64,000 nt of DNA, taken from Callorhinchus milii. Its lineage: Eukaryota. The stretch lies in the NCBI RefSeq assembly GCF_018977255.1, contig NW_024704742.1, forward strand, positions 122,886,001-122,950,000, read 5' to 3'. A program made the position numbers and the translations under genes. This document shows positions 1-13,691 of the stretch, piece after piece (the first letter of the stretch is position 1; each line of letters starts with the position of its first letter). The notes below the pieces were generated by a model that saw nothing but the letters and a program-made list of their open reading frames with translations, made no database searches and was not told the DNA's origin.

Positions 1-235
1 TGTTGGCCAGGACACTGGAAGAAACTCCCTTCTATCATCGAATAATGCTATAGTGTCTTTAATGACCACCCGAACAGGCAGGTGGGATCTCAATTTAATA
101 TCTTAACCAAAGGATAGCACCTCCGACAATGCAGCACACACAGTATTGGAGTGTCAGCCTAAACTATGGGCTCAAAGTCCCGACAAGGGGATTGAACCCA
201 TAACCTTTTGACTCAGGAGAGAGCATAACCAACTC
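1..235 (-). mobile_element. Old Deu-SINE (SacSINE1/AmnSINE1-like) fragment
   Basis: GATAGCACCTCCGACAATGCAGCAC...GTGTCAGCCTA..TATG..CTCAA...TTGAACCCA..ACCTT.TGACTCAG. Related copies at about 38500-38750 (-), 30575-30900 (+) and 905-990 (+). Family name from memory. Confidence 0.65.
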
Positions 236-3200
236 ACCAGGTTGTAATTCGCATGGAAAACTCTACTGTAGGAGCTGGAACTATCTTCAATAGAAAGTTT
301 TAAAAATGTAACAATAATCCTTACATTTAACAGATCGCCTTTCACAGCGTGAAGATGTCTCAAAGCACTTCACTGAATATACTGCAAAGTGTAGTGACTG
401 CATTTTATGGGCGAACGAGGCAATTAATTTACATACAACAATGTCACACAAACAGGCATGAAGTGTATGACCAATTTTGTTTGGCAGATTGTGTGAGATT
501 ACACAAATCAGTTCATGGCATCTGAAAAATCATTTCACTGTTGAAAAATTCAAGAACGCAAACAGCATGGAAATCCCTGGAGCAATCCCATTAATATTCT
601 GCTGGAAAATGAAAATGCCAATTTACGTACCCTGTAAAAATGGATTTTATTTCATTATTGTTTGAGCGCTGGAGGTGATATTTTGTAATATATGGTGAGA
701 CATATATTACAAAACTAGTTGAAGCCAGTCTTAAAAAGGATATTAGGGTAAACTTTGCAACAAAATAAACATGTCGGAACAAATTAAAAAAGGGATTCAA
801 AAATATGTTATTTTGATTGATCATGGAAAATTATCCCCATCATAAACTGTATCTATTTATTTATCTAATGAAGTGAATTAACCATGGGTAAAATGTTACG
901 GTGTCAGTGTGGCACTGATGGCAGCTCTTGTCGTAAGTGCCGTCCTTCAGATGAGATATTAAAGTGAGGTCCTGTCCTGTCTGAAAATTCAGGTGGGTTT
1001 CTTCTGACTCCATCTCGCTTGGCGCTTGTTCATTTTACATCCACATTCCCCCCATTCTGCACTCATAGCTCAAGTGACATAACCTATATAAATAAATCTG
1101 CAATATCTGGGGTCATACAAGGCCTAGATCATGTCCCCCTGAAGATCACCTTTTCTCCTTTATATTGCCGTACCTCATCGAAACTTCTCAAAATTCTTGA
1201 CAGTTGAACATAGCACAGTCCCACAGACCTGAGGTGAATGACCAATTGATTAACGAGTTCAGTTCTATGCAACTCTCTTCAGAAAGCAGTCTGCTGGAAA
1301 CACACCAACTGAACACACCAGACCAGAATCTGGTCAGCTTCGGTCTACAATGCAGTTATGTTGTTCCACGAATGGTGTCTTTTCTAGTTATGGATATTGG
1401 ACCTTATTGGTTTATTTTGTCTAAGATAACAGCCTTGTTGTTAATCCTATTGAAATATTCATCAATTTCTTGTTCCTCTCACACTCTGTCATTAGAGCTG
1501 ACCTCAGATAACCTCAGAGTAGAAGAGGAACAAGAAATTGATGAATATTACAATAACATTAACATGTTAGTGACAATAAATCAGGGCAACCAATGAACCA
1601 ATCCTATTGCAAACAGGACATCCCGATCTCTACACCCTCTCCCAAAGACCAGAGATTACAATGATCCTATGACTAATTGCATCCTCCCCCATTGCTCGGG
1701 TGCACGTGTTTTATCTGGGCAAATGCCTTGTAAATAGGGTTACTCTAAGGCCAAATAATCAAGGATGGCTCAGTATGTGTGGTGTTTAAAAAAGGGAGGA
1801 TCTTTTTCTAAACATACTTAAATGTAAAGATAACTCTTTATTCGTTCAATCCATGTCTAGGAAATAAAAAAAATTCTAAACAGAGCAGAGTATTACTGTA
1901 ATAAAAACACAACGCATTATAAAACTGCACTTCATTATCTTATCCTAGTACAATAATCCAGTCTAGTCAAATATTATCTCAAATGACACTCAAATGACAT
2001 GTGGCATTCCTCCGATTTGCTCTGGGACCTAAGCGTCCCATTCCAAAGCGCTCTGGGATGCCGCCCAGCGTGGAGGACGCTATATAAATGCAAGTTGTTG
2101 TTGTTGATTTCTGCAATCTGACAGTTTTAAGGGTATTTCTTAATTCTAACTCAAGTAAAGAGAGATAATGGGGTACAGAAGCGTTTCTGTGTTTTACCTG
2201 GGCAGTAAAATAATTTCATCTTCTTTACTTCCTTTCACAAAGACAAAAAGAACGCATTCAGATATGGACCAAAGATGTGAATCCCACTCAACGTAAAGGG
2301 TGGTCGAGTTTTTCACCTTCACCTCCATATCAACGTGAGCTCCCACAACATCTAGAATAAAGAGAGTTCAAGTTAATCACACAGGTCAACAGCAATCCCA
2401 GATTCTATAACAGCCAATAAAGATAATAGAACTTTTGTAAAAAATCACTAATACTTTAACTAACTGCTGACTTAGTTAATCACTTCTGATCAAGACAAAC
2501 TTGCACAAAACTCAAATTCCCACGTTTCTCCACCATCTCTATTGCATTTGATATAATAATAACAATCCTTACATTTGATATAGCGCCTTATCACGTCTGT
2601 AAAACGTCTCAAAGCACTTCACAGAATATACTGTAAAGTGAATTGAATGTATATTTTTTGGTCGGCGAAACTTTTGTGAGCAAAACGCCTGTCTCTAGGT
2701 CAATCTGGATTTCTTTACTGATTCACAGCGACTTAAATGGAGCATTTACAGTCTACAAATGATGCAATTGCACACATTTGAAGTGATATTTTTTCACGAC
2801 AGCAATTCGAATTTCCAAAGCACCTTTCATGTGGAGCAGCATCTCGGAACGCTGAATAATGGCGGAGTTTGATGCTGATTCAAGGAGGAAGTGAGGTGAA
2901 GAGGAAAGTCTTCACTTGCGATTTGTAGAGAGGTAAAGAGGGGGAAGCCAACCGGAGGGATTATGAATGTACAATTAGGAATGTACTGATTTTACAGAAC
3001 TAAGATCAGAGTTATTGTTTGTATTTGCAAATGTGTTCTTTGTGCTAATTTTCTCTTCAGTATTCTGGTGCTGCTTTGCTCAGCACATGTCCTCACTTTT
3101 TTTTAATACCCACTTTTCACCACCAGGTGGAGCAGTTACATTCCTGAAACCAATCGCCTGTGGTCGCGGTCCCGATTTCATCCACTTGGTGGCGCTGCGC

Positions 3201-4334
3201 CGACCCGGATTCACACCGCAGTTTACTGCACAGCGCCACCCAGTGGATGAAATGTGGCGGCCCAAAGAGCGAGATACAAACACAGAAGCTGCTTCAATGC
3301 CTTCCCAGTGGCATAAAACAGCTAAAGCAACAATTCACTGCCAGTGGAATTTTGTGCCGATGGTAGATAGATAATTGTTCGGGGAGGACAAGCTTGCACG
3401 GCTATGGGGAGAGAGCAGGGGAGTGGGATTGATTTGGATATTTCCTTTCAAAGAGCCGGCACAGGCGGGATGGGCAGAATGGCCTCCTTCTGTGCTGTAT
3501 AATTCTATAGTTGTTGTCCATGTTCTCTGAATCTTCTCTTCACTTAACTTCAGTCAGTCTGTGACAGCCTGACTGTCACAGTTGGTAACTCTCTAGCTCG
3601 GAGTCAGATTTTTTTTTTGCTCAACCTGACATTATGACATTATGCAGAAACCCACCACTTGCTTATGAGTATCCAAAACAAACAGAGCTCCAGGCATCCA
3701 TTTCCTACACTTGGAAATTCTAGGGAATCAGGAAACAATGGTGAGATTACTCCAAACTTGAGTTTATAACTTCTGCAAATTGTAGGGATGGGGAGAAGAG
3801 GTTTGAAAGAATTAAAGAGGTTCAATCAACTTTGAAACCAATCTTCATTGCAAGTGACCAGTTGAGTAAATTGTGACTATGTTTAGAAGAACATGAAGTT
3901 TAAATCAGAAATCTCTTTATGTAGATCCACCCTCAAGATCTGCATGGACATTTGGCACCATGTTTTGTATGCCTTTCATACTCTACACAAATGTAAGATA
4001 CAGATCCTCAGAAGCCACTAATAGTTGACAATATTTACTGCTACAAATGAAAGAAGTAGTTTACTACAGGGAAATTCCTTTGTAACAGTCATCTGTGTCC
4101 AATTTCTCAGCAGTTGAATTATAAGTGAGGCACAAAAAATAGCCAACTTCCAGATTGTAAGGTTACCGTTGATGTCACCTCCTGCTCACTGGATGCTTTC
4201 ACAACAAGCTCTGCTGATGTAACTTCCTGCTAATGGTGCGAGAAACATCAGTGATATCATTTCCTTCACAAAGTTTGTATGCATAGTGTTCAGGAAGCGA
4301 CATCATCATTGACACTTATTACACAAACATTAAC

Positions 4335-4860
4335 AACAACAAATTACATTTGTATAGCGCCTTTCACATCGGGAGGAGGTCCCAAGGGGCTAGACAATCA
4401 GCTTGGACCTGAGCTGGGGGTTGGGATTGGTGAGGGGTGGAGGGCAAGGGGGAGAAAGGAGGGTAGTCAAAGGCACGGTCGATGAGGAAGGTCTTGAGAT
4501 GGGCCTTGAAGGAGGCAAGGGAGGGGGCAAGGTGAAGGGACTGCGGGATGGAGTTCCAAACAGTGGGGGCAGAGAGGCTGAAGGCTCGACAGCCTATGGT
4601 GGGGTGGGCCAAATGGGGTACAGGGGTAAGTGGGGAGGAAGGCTGTGGAGGGCTTTGAAGATGAGGACGAAGATTTTGAACTCTATCCTCTGGGGGGTGG
4701 GGAGCCAGTGAAACCAGGCAAGTATGGGGTGATAAGGGTCACGGAGCCTGGTACAGGAGAGGACATGAGTTGCAGAGTTCAGGATAATCTGCAGATTGTG
4801 GAGGGAAGAGTTGGGAAGGCCGACAAGCAGGGAGTTAGTGTAGTCGAGCCTAGAAATGAA
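4335..4860 (-). mobile_element. L2 3' fragment
   Basis: [27 protein letters not shown] and tail. Other L2 3' ends at about 22115-22390, 30075-30440, 55480-55710 (-) and 48040-48290 (+). Confidence 0.88.
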
Positions 4861-6102
4861 GAATACGAACAAAGTCCACAATGCAAATGAAGTATATGAG
4901 CAGTGACTGATGACCCAGAAATCAGCCATTTTTTAGGCAAAGTTAGTGCAGGCACATACAATACCTGTACTAGCCTATAACTGTGGCAGTGCTGTGTCAA
5001 AGGGCACTGTAACAATAACTAGCATTTATATAGCACCCTCCATGCAGTGTAGCTTCTCAGAGCACTTAACAGTGGCGGAGCCTGACTCTGAGCCTGGGGG
5101 AGGTGGGGGGTAACCCCATTCCCCTGCATCTGATTTTGAGATGCAGACATTAGAGATACTGTGTTTGCTATTCAGTTTAATATTACAACCAAGTTATGTT
5201 ACTTGTAAATAATTTGCATGACTTTTGTTCGTAAGAAAAAATCCTGGATTAAAAAGGACATTATAAAGAGCGAGACAGATTTTTTAAAAAAAGTTGCAAA
5301 TGTCAGATGTGGCTAAGCAGAAAGAGCTGATTGTTAGACATCTGGGCACCATTAACGGTTTGTGAACTTAAATTGAAGACGTACAGCCAAAGATGGATGC
5401 TGTAACCACATATTGATGCACAAAGTAGTCTGCTTTTATCATAATTTGCAACTCTGACTTGTTCCCATGTATGTATTCCTCCATACAGTATAGTGAGGCG
5501 GGCAGTCAGTTATTGATTTTCTTTTTTGATCAACAGGTGTCTGTCATGTGTAGAAATCCATCACCGTGTCCAAACATATCCAAACCAGACAGAGTTCCAC
5601 GTATGGCAGCTACACATGAAAATTCGCATTGGCTATAAGAGTGCTTAAAGGATTGTAACATATGATAACAATGTATGTCAGTAATAATAATAATGCTTGG
5701 ATTTGATAGAGCGCCTTATCACGTCCATTGAGACGTCTCAAAGCGCTTCACAGAATGTACTGTAAAGTACTGTAATTTTGCTGTTAATGCAGCAGTCGGT
5801 TTGCGAACAGTAATGTCCCACAAATACCCACAGTGACAAAAAGCAATGCCCATTACTTTTTATTATGCATCCAATTTTCAAAGTCAAACAGTCTATTTTT
5901 ATGAGGCTAAACAATTACTTTGTCCACTAAAATCTATTCAGACCATAAATTAGCTGCCTGTATAATAATTTTCCCCAAACACAGTGTCTGATTGTTCTGG
6001 TCACATAATACCTTTTTTTAAATATAAAAAAGGCCAAAATGCAAATGTGATAGAAATTCCAAATGTAAGTTGTTAGTTAATAGCACACATTAATGCATGC
6101 AA

Positions 6103-6268
6103 TCAGTTTACCTCCAGGTTTTGTTTACTACAGTACGTTACACTGCAGTTTACTTCCAAGGTTTTGGTAACTATAGTAGGTTGTACTGTAGTTTACCTGC
6201 AGGTTTTTGTAACCAGTGTAAGTTACACTAGTTACCTGCAGGATTTAGGAACTACAATAAATTACACT
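6103..6268. repeat. Degenerate ~42-bp tandem repeat, 4 copies
   Basis: CAGTTTACCTSCAGGTTTT...TACACT recurs four times. Confidence 0.7.
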
Positions 6269-6958
6269 TGATCCAATTAATGTTGCATGAACTTAAACCA
6301 AACCAAAGTTATATGCAGTAGTTGCTGAGCAATGATGAGCTGAGAGCAGTCAGACAGGAAGAGGCGCTGTGTTTGCCTCTCATTGGCAATGAAATGAGGG
6401 ACCTGAGTGGAGGCTGTGCGAGTCCATCACTGCGGGAGCTCAGCACAGAGGCTGGTCCTCAGCTCGGGGTGACTCAGTCATCTCAGAGACACCGACCTGG
6501 TTATTGTATAATTAGGGCTAATCTCACCTTCACCGCCTGCAGTGATGTGTCCCAGAGAGAGGAGGAGGAGGCTCAGGCTCTTGGCTGGGGCTGGGCACTG
6601 CCTCCTGGGCACAGCTCCCTCCCTCCCCATCACCTCCCGGGCTCGGGCTCGCAGTCAGCACTCAGTGAGGGAGGCGGACCCACAGCCTGAGCCGCCCAAT
6701 GTGATACTGAAGCCAAGTCCAGGAGGTCACAACCTGAACAGAGATGCAGTTATAGCCAGAAAACTTAGGCTGGAAAACAAAGAATGGAATTTAATGCCCA
6801 TTAAACCACCCCTTCCACTGACCCTGTCTAATAGTTTGAAGGATGAAACCCTTTAATCTACAAGGAAAGGTGATGTATAAATGTCCCCCCCCCCCCCCCC
6901 CCCCCAAATCAGCACAACTCTCTGCACAAATCTGCATTATTCCACTAAGGTTTCCACA

Positions 6959-7271
6959 TATAATAATAATAATCCTTGCATTTGATATAGCGCTTTTCAT
7001 GTCGGGAGGACGTCCCAACGCGCTTCACAGAACACACTGTAAAGTGAATTGACTGTATATTTGTGGGCTAACGCGGCAGCGAATTGCGCACAGCAATGTC
7101 CCACAAACAGTCATGGATTGAAAATGACCAATTTATTATTGTTTTTGGAGGGATTATTATTAGGCTCTGTGCGGAGTAAAGAAACTTGCCCAAGGTTTCG
7201 CCCTGACCTGCCGGGAATTGAACTCCGGTCTCTCGCTTGCAAAGCGAGTGCTCTAACCACTGAGCTACAGG
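6959..7271 (-). mobile_element. Same SINE, short form
   Basis: Near-identical reverse complement of 49229-49540. A fragment of the long form follows at 7273-7355. Confidence 0.9.
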
Positions 7272-7620
7272 AAGGATTATTACCCCCCGAAAGCAATCTG
7301 CCAATCGACTAACAATCAAGTTCCTACTTACTGCTTGGTAAACAGATGTGTGGAATGGTACTCAAATGGCACCAAAATCTATCTCTACTTTTATTCTTGA
7401 TCCCAGGATCACTGGTGTTCTGAGAGTTTGTCAGATATCAAGCCTTGGAAGAGTTGAGAGTCTAAACATGCACAAGATGGAAGCCATCTTCCTCACTTAC
7501 AACTTAGATTACCTCGACCTACCCAGCTTCTCTTAAACTCAATGAACCTGTAGGCAACCCTGGAATTTGATTTGATCTTCAGCTCTTTTCTGCATCTTCA
7601 CCCGCATCACCCTACTCTAT

Positions 7621-7830
7621 CAGGTCAGGCAGAATCTATGGAGAAAGGAAAGTGAGTCAATGTTTCGGGTCCACGACCCTTCTTTAGAACTGAGTTCTGT
7701 TGAAGGGTCGTGGACTGAAACGTTGACTCACTTTCCTTTCTCCATAGATGCTGCCTGACCTGCTGAATGTTCCCAGCGACTTCTGTATTTGTTTCAGATT
7801 TCCAGCATCTGGAGTATTTTGCATTTTGTT
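7621..7830. mobile_element. Penelope-like-element-derived palindromic repeat
   Basis: ~70-bp inverted arms 7621-7690 and 7694-7762, followed by GCTGCCTGACCTGCTGA...TTTCAGATTTCCAGCATCT, typical of chondrichthyan Penelope LTR remnants (from memory). Confidence 0.7.
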
Positions 7831-10127
7831 CACTCTCCTCTATCGCTAACTCGATCCGAACTCTGCCAAAACTTTCATTTACACCTTCATTACCTCCAGA
7901 CTTGATTTTCTGAATGTCTTCCTCACTGGCCTTCCAGCTCCAACTTATCCCAAACCCACCCACATCCTTACCCATGTAAAATACCCTTCCCCCATCTCCC
8001 AGCAGATTCACTTCAAGATCCTCAGCTCAAAACCCTAGACATTCTTGTATCTCTCTACCTTTGTGATCTCTTACCTAATTATTTTGTCACCCCTCCGTTC
8101 AGCAAACTCTGACCTGTTGCTTGCTCCCCTCCTCCCCACCACCACCACCCTCAGCAGCTATAGCCTTCAGCCTATCCTCTGAAATTCTTTCCATCCCCTC
8201 ACAGCCGCTCTATCAGTCTTCAAACAAATCAAAAAACCTACTTCTTCGACTGTGTCTACATTTTCAAAAAGAGAAGGGTGTTCCTCCCAGTGTCCAAGCC
8301 AAATATTGCTCCAATAATTGGCATTCATTCATTGGATGTTTACAGGACCTGAGTGCAATATTGGATGTTCCATTTGCCTACAAATATAGTCACTACAGTT
8401 GTCAGCAATATACCACTGAAGCACTTTGATAAGTACTTTATTTAATGCATTACTATAAGCCCTTTATTTACTCCTGCCATGCATACTTTTATCAAGTTAC
8501 CAGTGGTACGCCAGGTTCATCTTCTGTGTTATGTGATCTATTGTGAGCTTCCGTTCCATCAGTTTAGCTTGTATTCCATTCCCCCAGACTCGCCACTTTG
8601 TGATTTGATGAAAAATAATGGAACAAGTTATTCATGTTCCAATGAGAAAGACAGTGAATTTTACAATTAGTTTGCAAAAGCAGGATAAGATAAAATAACA
8701 AGAGGAAATCAGTCAGCCCTTAGCACAATCAGCAGGTTTTCCTGTTATGTGCTCTTTTAAAAATATGATGGAAGGGCAGCCCTGATGGAGTAGTGGATAG
8801 TGCTGTAAATTGCAGACCGGGAGCTCACTGGTCTCTATTTGGGCTGCATGGAGAGGTTAAATTTAACTGGGCCTTCCCAGGGTTAGGGAAATTAAAATCA
8901 GTCGAGTTTATTTGTCCCTGCCTCAATCCTCTGCCTCACTCTTTATCTTTAAATTCCACCTTAAAACCTACTTCTTCAACTGTGCTTTTGGTCACCTTCC
9001 CCTTCCAACCCTACCACTATCCAGCAATCCGAGACCCTAACGTGAAGGCTGACCAGGTAGTACTTCTGTGTGCAAGAGAAATGAGACTAGGCTACAACAC
9101 CCACTACAGCCAAGTGACACGTGTGTATTGAAAAGCAAATAGCACCTCAGAACCACACCCAAGCCAGGGATGAGGTGCAGAAGCTTGGGAGAGAATTAGA
9201 AAATTAATTGAACACACTAAAATGCTTTTAAAAAAATAAGACAAAATTTGTATTGGCATATTTAGACAGTGCAAAACATCTTGGGAACTGCACTAAATAA
9301 AATTTTCCAATGTATTCTGTTACTATTAACATCATAATTATGAGATTCTACTTGCACACTTAAAAAGCTTATTTAAATAGTTCTCTTATAATACATTATT
9401 TGGTAATGTTGGCATCAAACAATGATATCACCAGAGAACCTATTAGTTTTGCAACATGCTTGTCTATCTTTCTAAATTAATGTAATAAAACCTTCTGACT
9501 GAGAAAGACTGGACCAACTGAGCCAAGTTGACACCTATTAAATCAGATGCAATTATTATTTTTGCTTGGTCAGACTGAAATGTGTATTAATCGAAATATT
9601 CTGCTCATGAAAAGCAACATCTTTTGAAGTTGTAGAATACTTTTGATGATTTGATTTGCTTGATGCAATTTATTATTATGAAAAATAGTGAATTAGCTTT
9701 TTTTGCAACGTAAGGCAAAGAACAGCATTTTGTAAGTCTACAATTAAATATAAAATTCTATTTCATTGGGAATGCAATTTTGAATAATCCTAATGCACAT
9801 CTAATTTAGTTTTAATTATCAAACTTTGATTAAAAATTATTTCATATGGAAATAATAAATATCATCTCAAATTACATTAACAGAATTTAGGTTTAGAGAT
9901 GTGGAAAAAGCCAATTTTATAATAAGATTGGCCTCACCGATCTTTTGATTCAACACGAGGTGACTGCACTCAAATACCCTTATAAGCAGCACAAAATCTT
10001 ACAAACACTGAAATACATGGATGTGAAACATTTACAATCCAGTCCTAGATTTTAAACCTATTTTCATAAAATGAGAATAATAACTACCCAAATGCACCCA
10101 CACAAACCAAAACTCTTAACAAGTACC

Positions 10128-10402
10128 GAGGACCTGGGTTCGATTCCAGGGGAGGGTGAAACATTAGGCAAGTTTCCTTACTCCACACCACTCTATGTAC
10201 CCAGCAGTAAGTAGGAACCCGACTGTTAAGGTCAATTGGAAGATCACTTTTTCAGGGGTAATAACCCCTTCAAAAAATAAATAACAACAGCAAATAATGA
10301 TTTGGTCACTCAATTTACAATTGTTTGTGAGACAATGCTGTGAAGTGCTTTGAGACATCTCGAAGACATGATTAGGCGCGATATCAAATGCAAGGTTTAT
10401 TA
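10128..10402 (+). mobile_element. SINE, long form, internally deleted
   Basis: B box GGTTCGATTCC, central segment, partial Deu core and tail. Confidence 0.75.
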
Positions 10403-10894
10403 ATATTTCTGTGTAAAAGAAAGCAGTGGCTTGATTTTAAAAATTAAATTAAAAGATGTTTCAAATATTTTTGCGCCATATTCATATCACACATGGTGTA
10501 GGTGAGGTACTAATATGTGGGCCAGACCAGAAATAACACAAGTACTTATTTATTATTACTTGCTTACTCATTCTCAGACAATAACTTTCTCTCAACTCTG
10601 CCAAAGATGCGTCATCTCTTCCTGAAACATCTTAACCCTCTTCTTTGCAAATCCATTGTGTGATGCAGCACCCAAGTCTTATTTGTCACTGCTACATCAG
10701 CTGAAGCTGATTTTCTAGTTTTATTTTTTTGCAACTCCCAATACAATCAATATATATTGTGTGTCAGTAATAAGAGTAGATTCCTTCCCACGAATGGTTC
10801 AATTGATAAGGATATTCAGAACCATAGAAATTGACCACACAGTAGAAGGATGTTTGGTCCCTTGTGAATTCAAAGCTTCTGTCCCGACTTTAAA

Positions 10895-11290
10895 CTGAAC
10901 CATACACACCTGGAAGGTCTCTGGTTGTGCTGAGTTGGCTGATCTCTGCTGGGTTGGAAGAATGAGTGCTAGAATTGGCCTGTTAAGGGGTAGGGGAGGG
11001 AATAAAGACTCCAAACAAGGTCTTGGTTGTTAGACAGTATCCCTGCTGAAAACACCACATTTGTGCATTTGATGGGCGAGGACACGATTGTTGGCTAGAG
11101 TTATATCCCCAATATAAACACTAACATCAAGAATTCAGCACCTGGATTACGATCATGACCTTAGTTGGTGTGTTTCTTTTAACACCCCCACCCCCTTAAC
11201 GGGAGTAACTAAGGCGAGTTCTAGCTAAAATAGCAGCTTGGTAACATATTAGAGGGTGACGAGCATTTTGGGATTAGCAAATACCTTCTG
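10895..11290 (+). mobile_element. Ancient SINE remnant, AmnSINE2-like
   Basis: CCATAC...GGAAGGTC...TGTGCTGAGTTGGCTGATCTCTGC...AATTGGCCT...CCCTGCTGAAA...GGGCGAGGACA resembles the recalled consensus. Confidence 0.5.
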
Positions 11291-12119
11291 GAGAAATGGG
11301 ATAAGTATTAAGTATAATGCTAGAGTAACCAACGACTAAGGGTGTTGTAATAAAAGTAAAATGTGAGGCCATATACAAGAAGTTAAACGTCGGGAGGAAG
11401 AGCAAGAAAGTCTACAGTCTCTTCAATGGGATATGATTTGAGGCAATCAAAGCTTAAACACTGGAAACTAAAGGAAAGACATCAATAAAAGTAATGTTTT
11501 CCCTAACACACATATTCTCAGTTTTAACATCAACCTGGAAAGCATTCTGCCAAAGGTGAGGATTATCATACTTTTTCAATTGAACCACAAAATATGCAGT
11601 CAATTCACTTTACAGTATATTCTGCGAATGACTGAGATGTTTCGATGACATGAGCCATTACATCAAATGCACAAATTAGAACCACTGTATTCTCACAGAG
11701 GGCGCGAGAATACACATAACTGAAAAGGATTAATGCGCAAGCCATCACAAATGCCTGAGGCATGCAATTTACAAGCTTAGTGCTTCTGAAAAAAATGATT
11801 CAAATGCTGTCAGATGAAAATATAGAATCATAAAAGACAAAAAATTACTTCAAAGACTAGAACTACTCAGAACAGAATTGCGTGGGTTGCAGTTTGCAAA
11901 ACTATACAGAGCACAGCAGGAAGTCCTACAAATTCAGAAGATAGTGCTTGGCAATTCATCCACATTAAGAGAGTGTTTCCATTAGATTCCAAATTATACA
12001 CAAAGCCACCAACACTGTCCAGATGCAGTTTGGATTTTGCACTGGACAAAGTCACCATTTTACATAAAGAAAACGGGATTTTAAATCTCAAAAATAATTT
12101 TCAGACAGCTGGTACACCC

Positions 12120-13535
12120 AAACGAACAAAATAAAATATTTATTCCGATAGGACAAATCTGTAAGGCAATCATAAAACGTGGAAGTAATTGTGCAAAATT
12201 TCTTAAACTGAAATTTTCACCAAACGTGAATGGACTTTATTATTTGGGAGTCGTGCTGGAAGAGCTAGGTTTATAATCTGTGGAAAGATCCATTACCCAG
12301 ATAAATGTGTGACACACAAAACTGAACAGAGATATTTAACCTGTTTTCCAATAATTGGCTACCATTTTGATTGATCTAAAGGCACAACTGTATTGGCTTA
12401 AGAGCAATGTTTTTAAACTCTTCAACAGAAGCAGAAACCACTGATACAAGTCAGATTGGAATGGTCACATAAAACAGTTCAGCATGTATTTTTAAACTAC
12501 ATGCGATCGGAATGAATCACATCCTTGGAAGCATTTTAAGTTTCACAGTCACAATGTATTAGGTTTCAAGTTCCCTTGGCAAAGTAATAGGGGCTATCCT
12601 GAATTGGCCCAATAAAGCAGGCATTAGATTTGCATTAGCATAAACTCCAGCAATAGTTCTGGCACAAAGTAAGACCAGCATCAAACTTGCTGCAAATCCA
12701 GTTTTTATTCCATGTAGTGAACAGATCCAGCAACTGTGATCATAACCTCTTTGCAAGACTTGTAAATAAACTACTTTTATCAAAATAATCTTTTGTCAGT
12801 TTCCAATAGTTTGTTTTTACAGTCCACCCTGAATATCAAGGCTGCATGTAGCTGAAATAAATTTCTTGATCTCAGATTTTTTTTCTTTCTGTAAATTTAA
12901 GAAGAAAAATGTGATGATAAAAAAAGTCAACTTCCTAAACAATAACTACAAATGGTTAAAAAAGCAATTAACTTTGAGAAAGAAGTGGAACAGTAAAGAG
13001 CACTCAAGTATAGGCAATGAAAACAGTGCACCTTCCTCCACTTTTCACATGCTACATTGCCTGGTTTTGCACAGACAGAAGACTTGCAGAGTCCTATTTT
13101 GGTAATGAATATGATTCAGCAAGCAGGATACTGACGTTTCAAATTGCTGTTTCTCAGTGAATGGAACAATTTTAAGTCAAAAGCTCCATGGAACAATACA
13201 CAATTTGAACTTCAATTCGGTTTATTAGATCTGTGAATTATCCCATGATCAATAAATTTTTTCACATTGTAGTAATGTTTCCTCTGATCAGCAGTGATGA
13301 AGCAGATCAATGCCAAATCCAACTGAAATCCTCATTACTACAAAAGGCCATTACAAAGCATAAAAGCAAAGTTCAAATTAGGCCAAGTTCAACAGTCTGT
13401 TTTCTTGAATAAAGAAGTCCTCTCAAATTTCTTCTGGTGGGATACTGTACTGCTTTCAATCCTGTTTATGTTTTGGCAGTTTTCCCACATTGAGAATTAT
13501 TATATCGAAATAATTTTCTGTCTTTCTTTAAGCTC
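12120..13535 (-). other. GPBP1: GPBP1 3'UTR (putative extent)
   Basis: AT-rich stretch after the stop with no recognisable repeats. Minus-strand AATAAA at about 13226, 12708, 12241 and 12144-12139; the last is followed by a GU/U-rich tract. The true end is not determined. Confidence 0.55.
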
Positions 13536-13691
13536 TCACACATCATCATCGTCAGATGTATCACTGCTGCTCGTCTCAGTGTCATCATTAACAACAGTGG
13601 GTTTATAAGTGTTCTTCCATGTACTAAACCTCAAGTTGTAACTTAGGCCGTTTTTCAAAAGACCGTTTTTTCGAAGACCATTTTTCTGCAG
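13536..13691 (-). CDS. GPBP1: GPBP1 last coding exon ([16 protein letters not shown]...[14 protein letters not shown])
   Basis: 156 nt; acceptor aatttcag; TGA at 13538-13536. Confidence 0.96.
   Translation of the reverse strand: MQKNGLRKNGLLKNGLSYNLRFSTWKNTYKPTVVNDDTETSSSDTSDDDDV

Noticed and set aside
1204..1596. 130-aa ORF
   Set aside because: Non-ATG start, no recognisable homology, and no supported exon chain.
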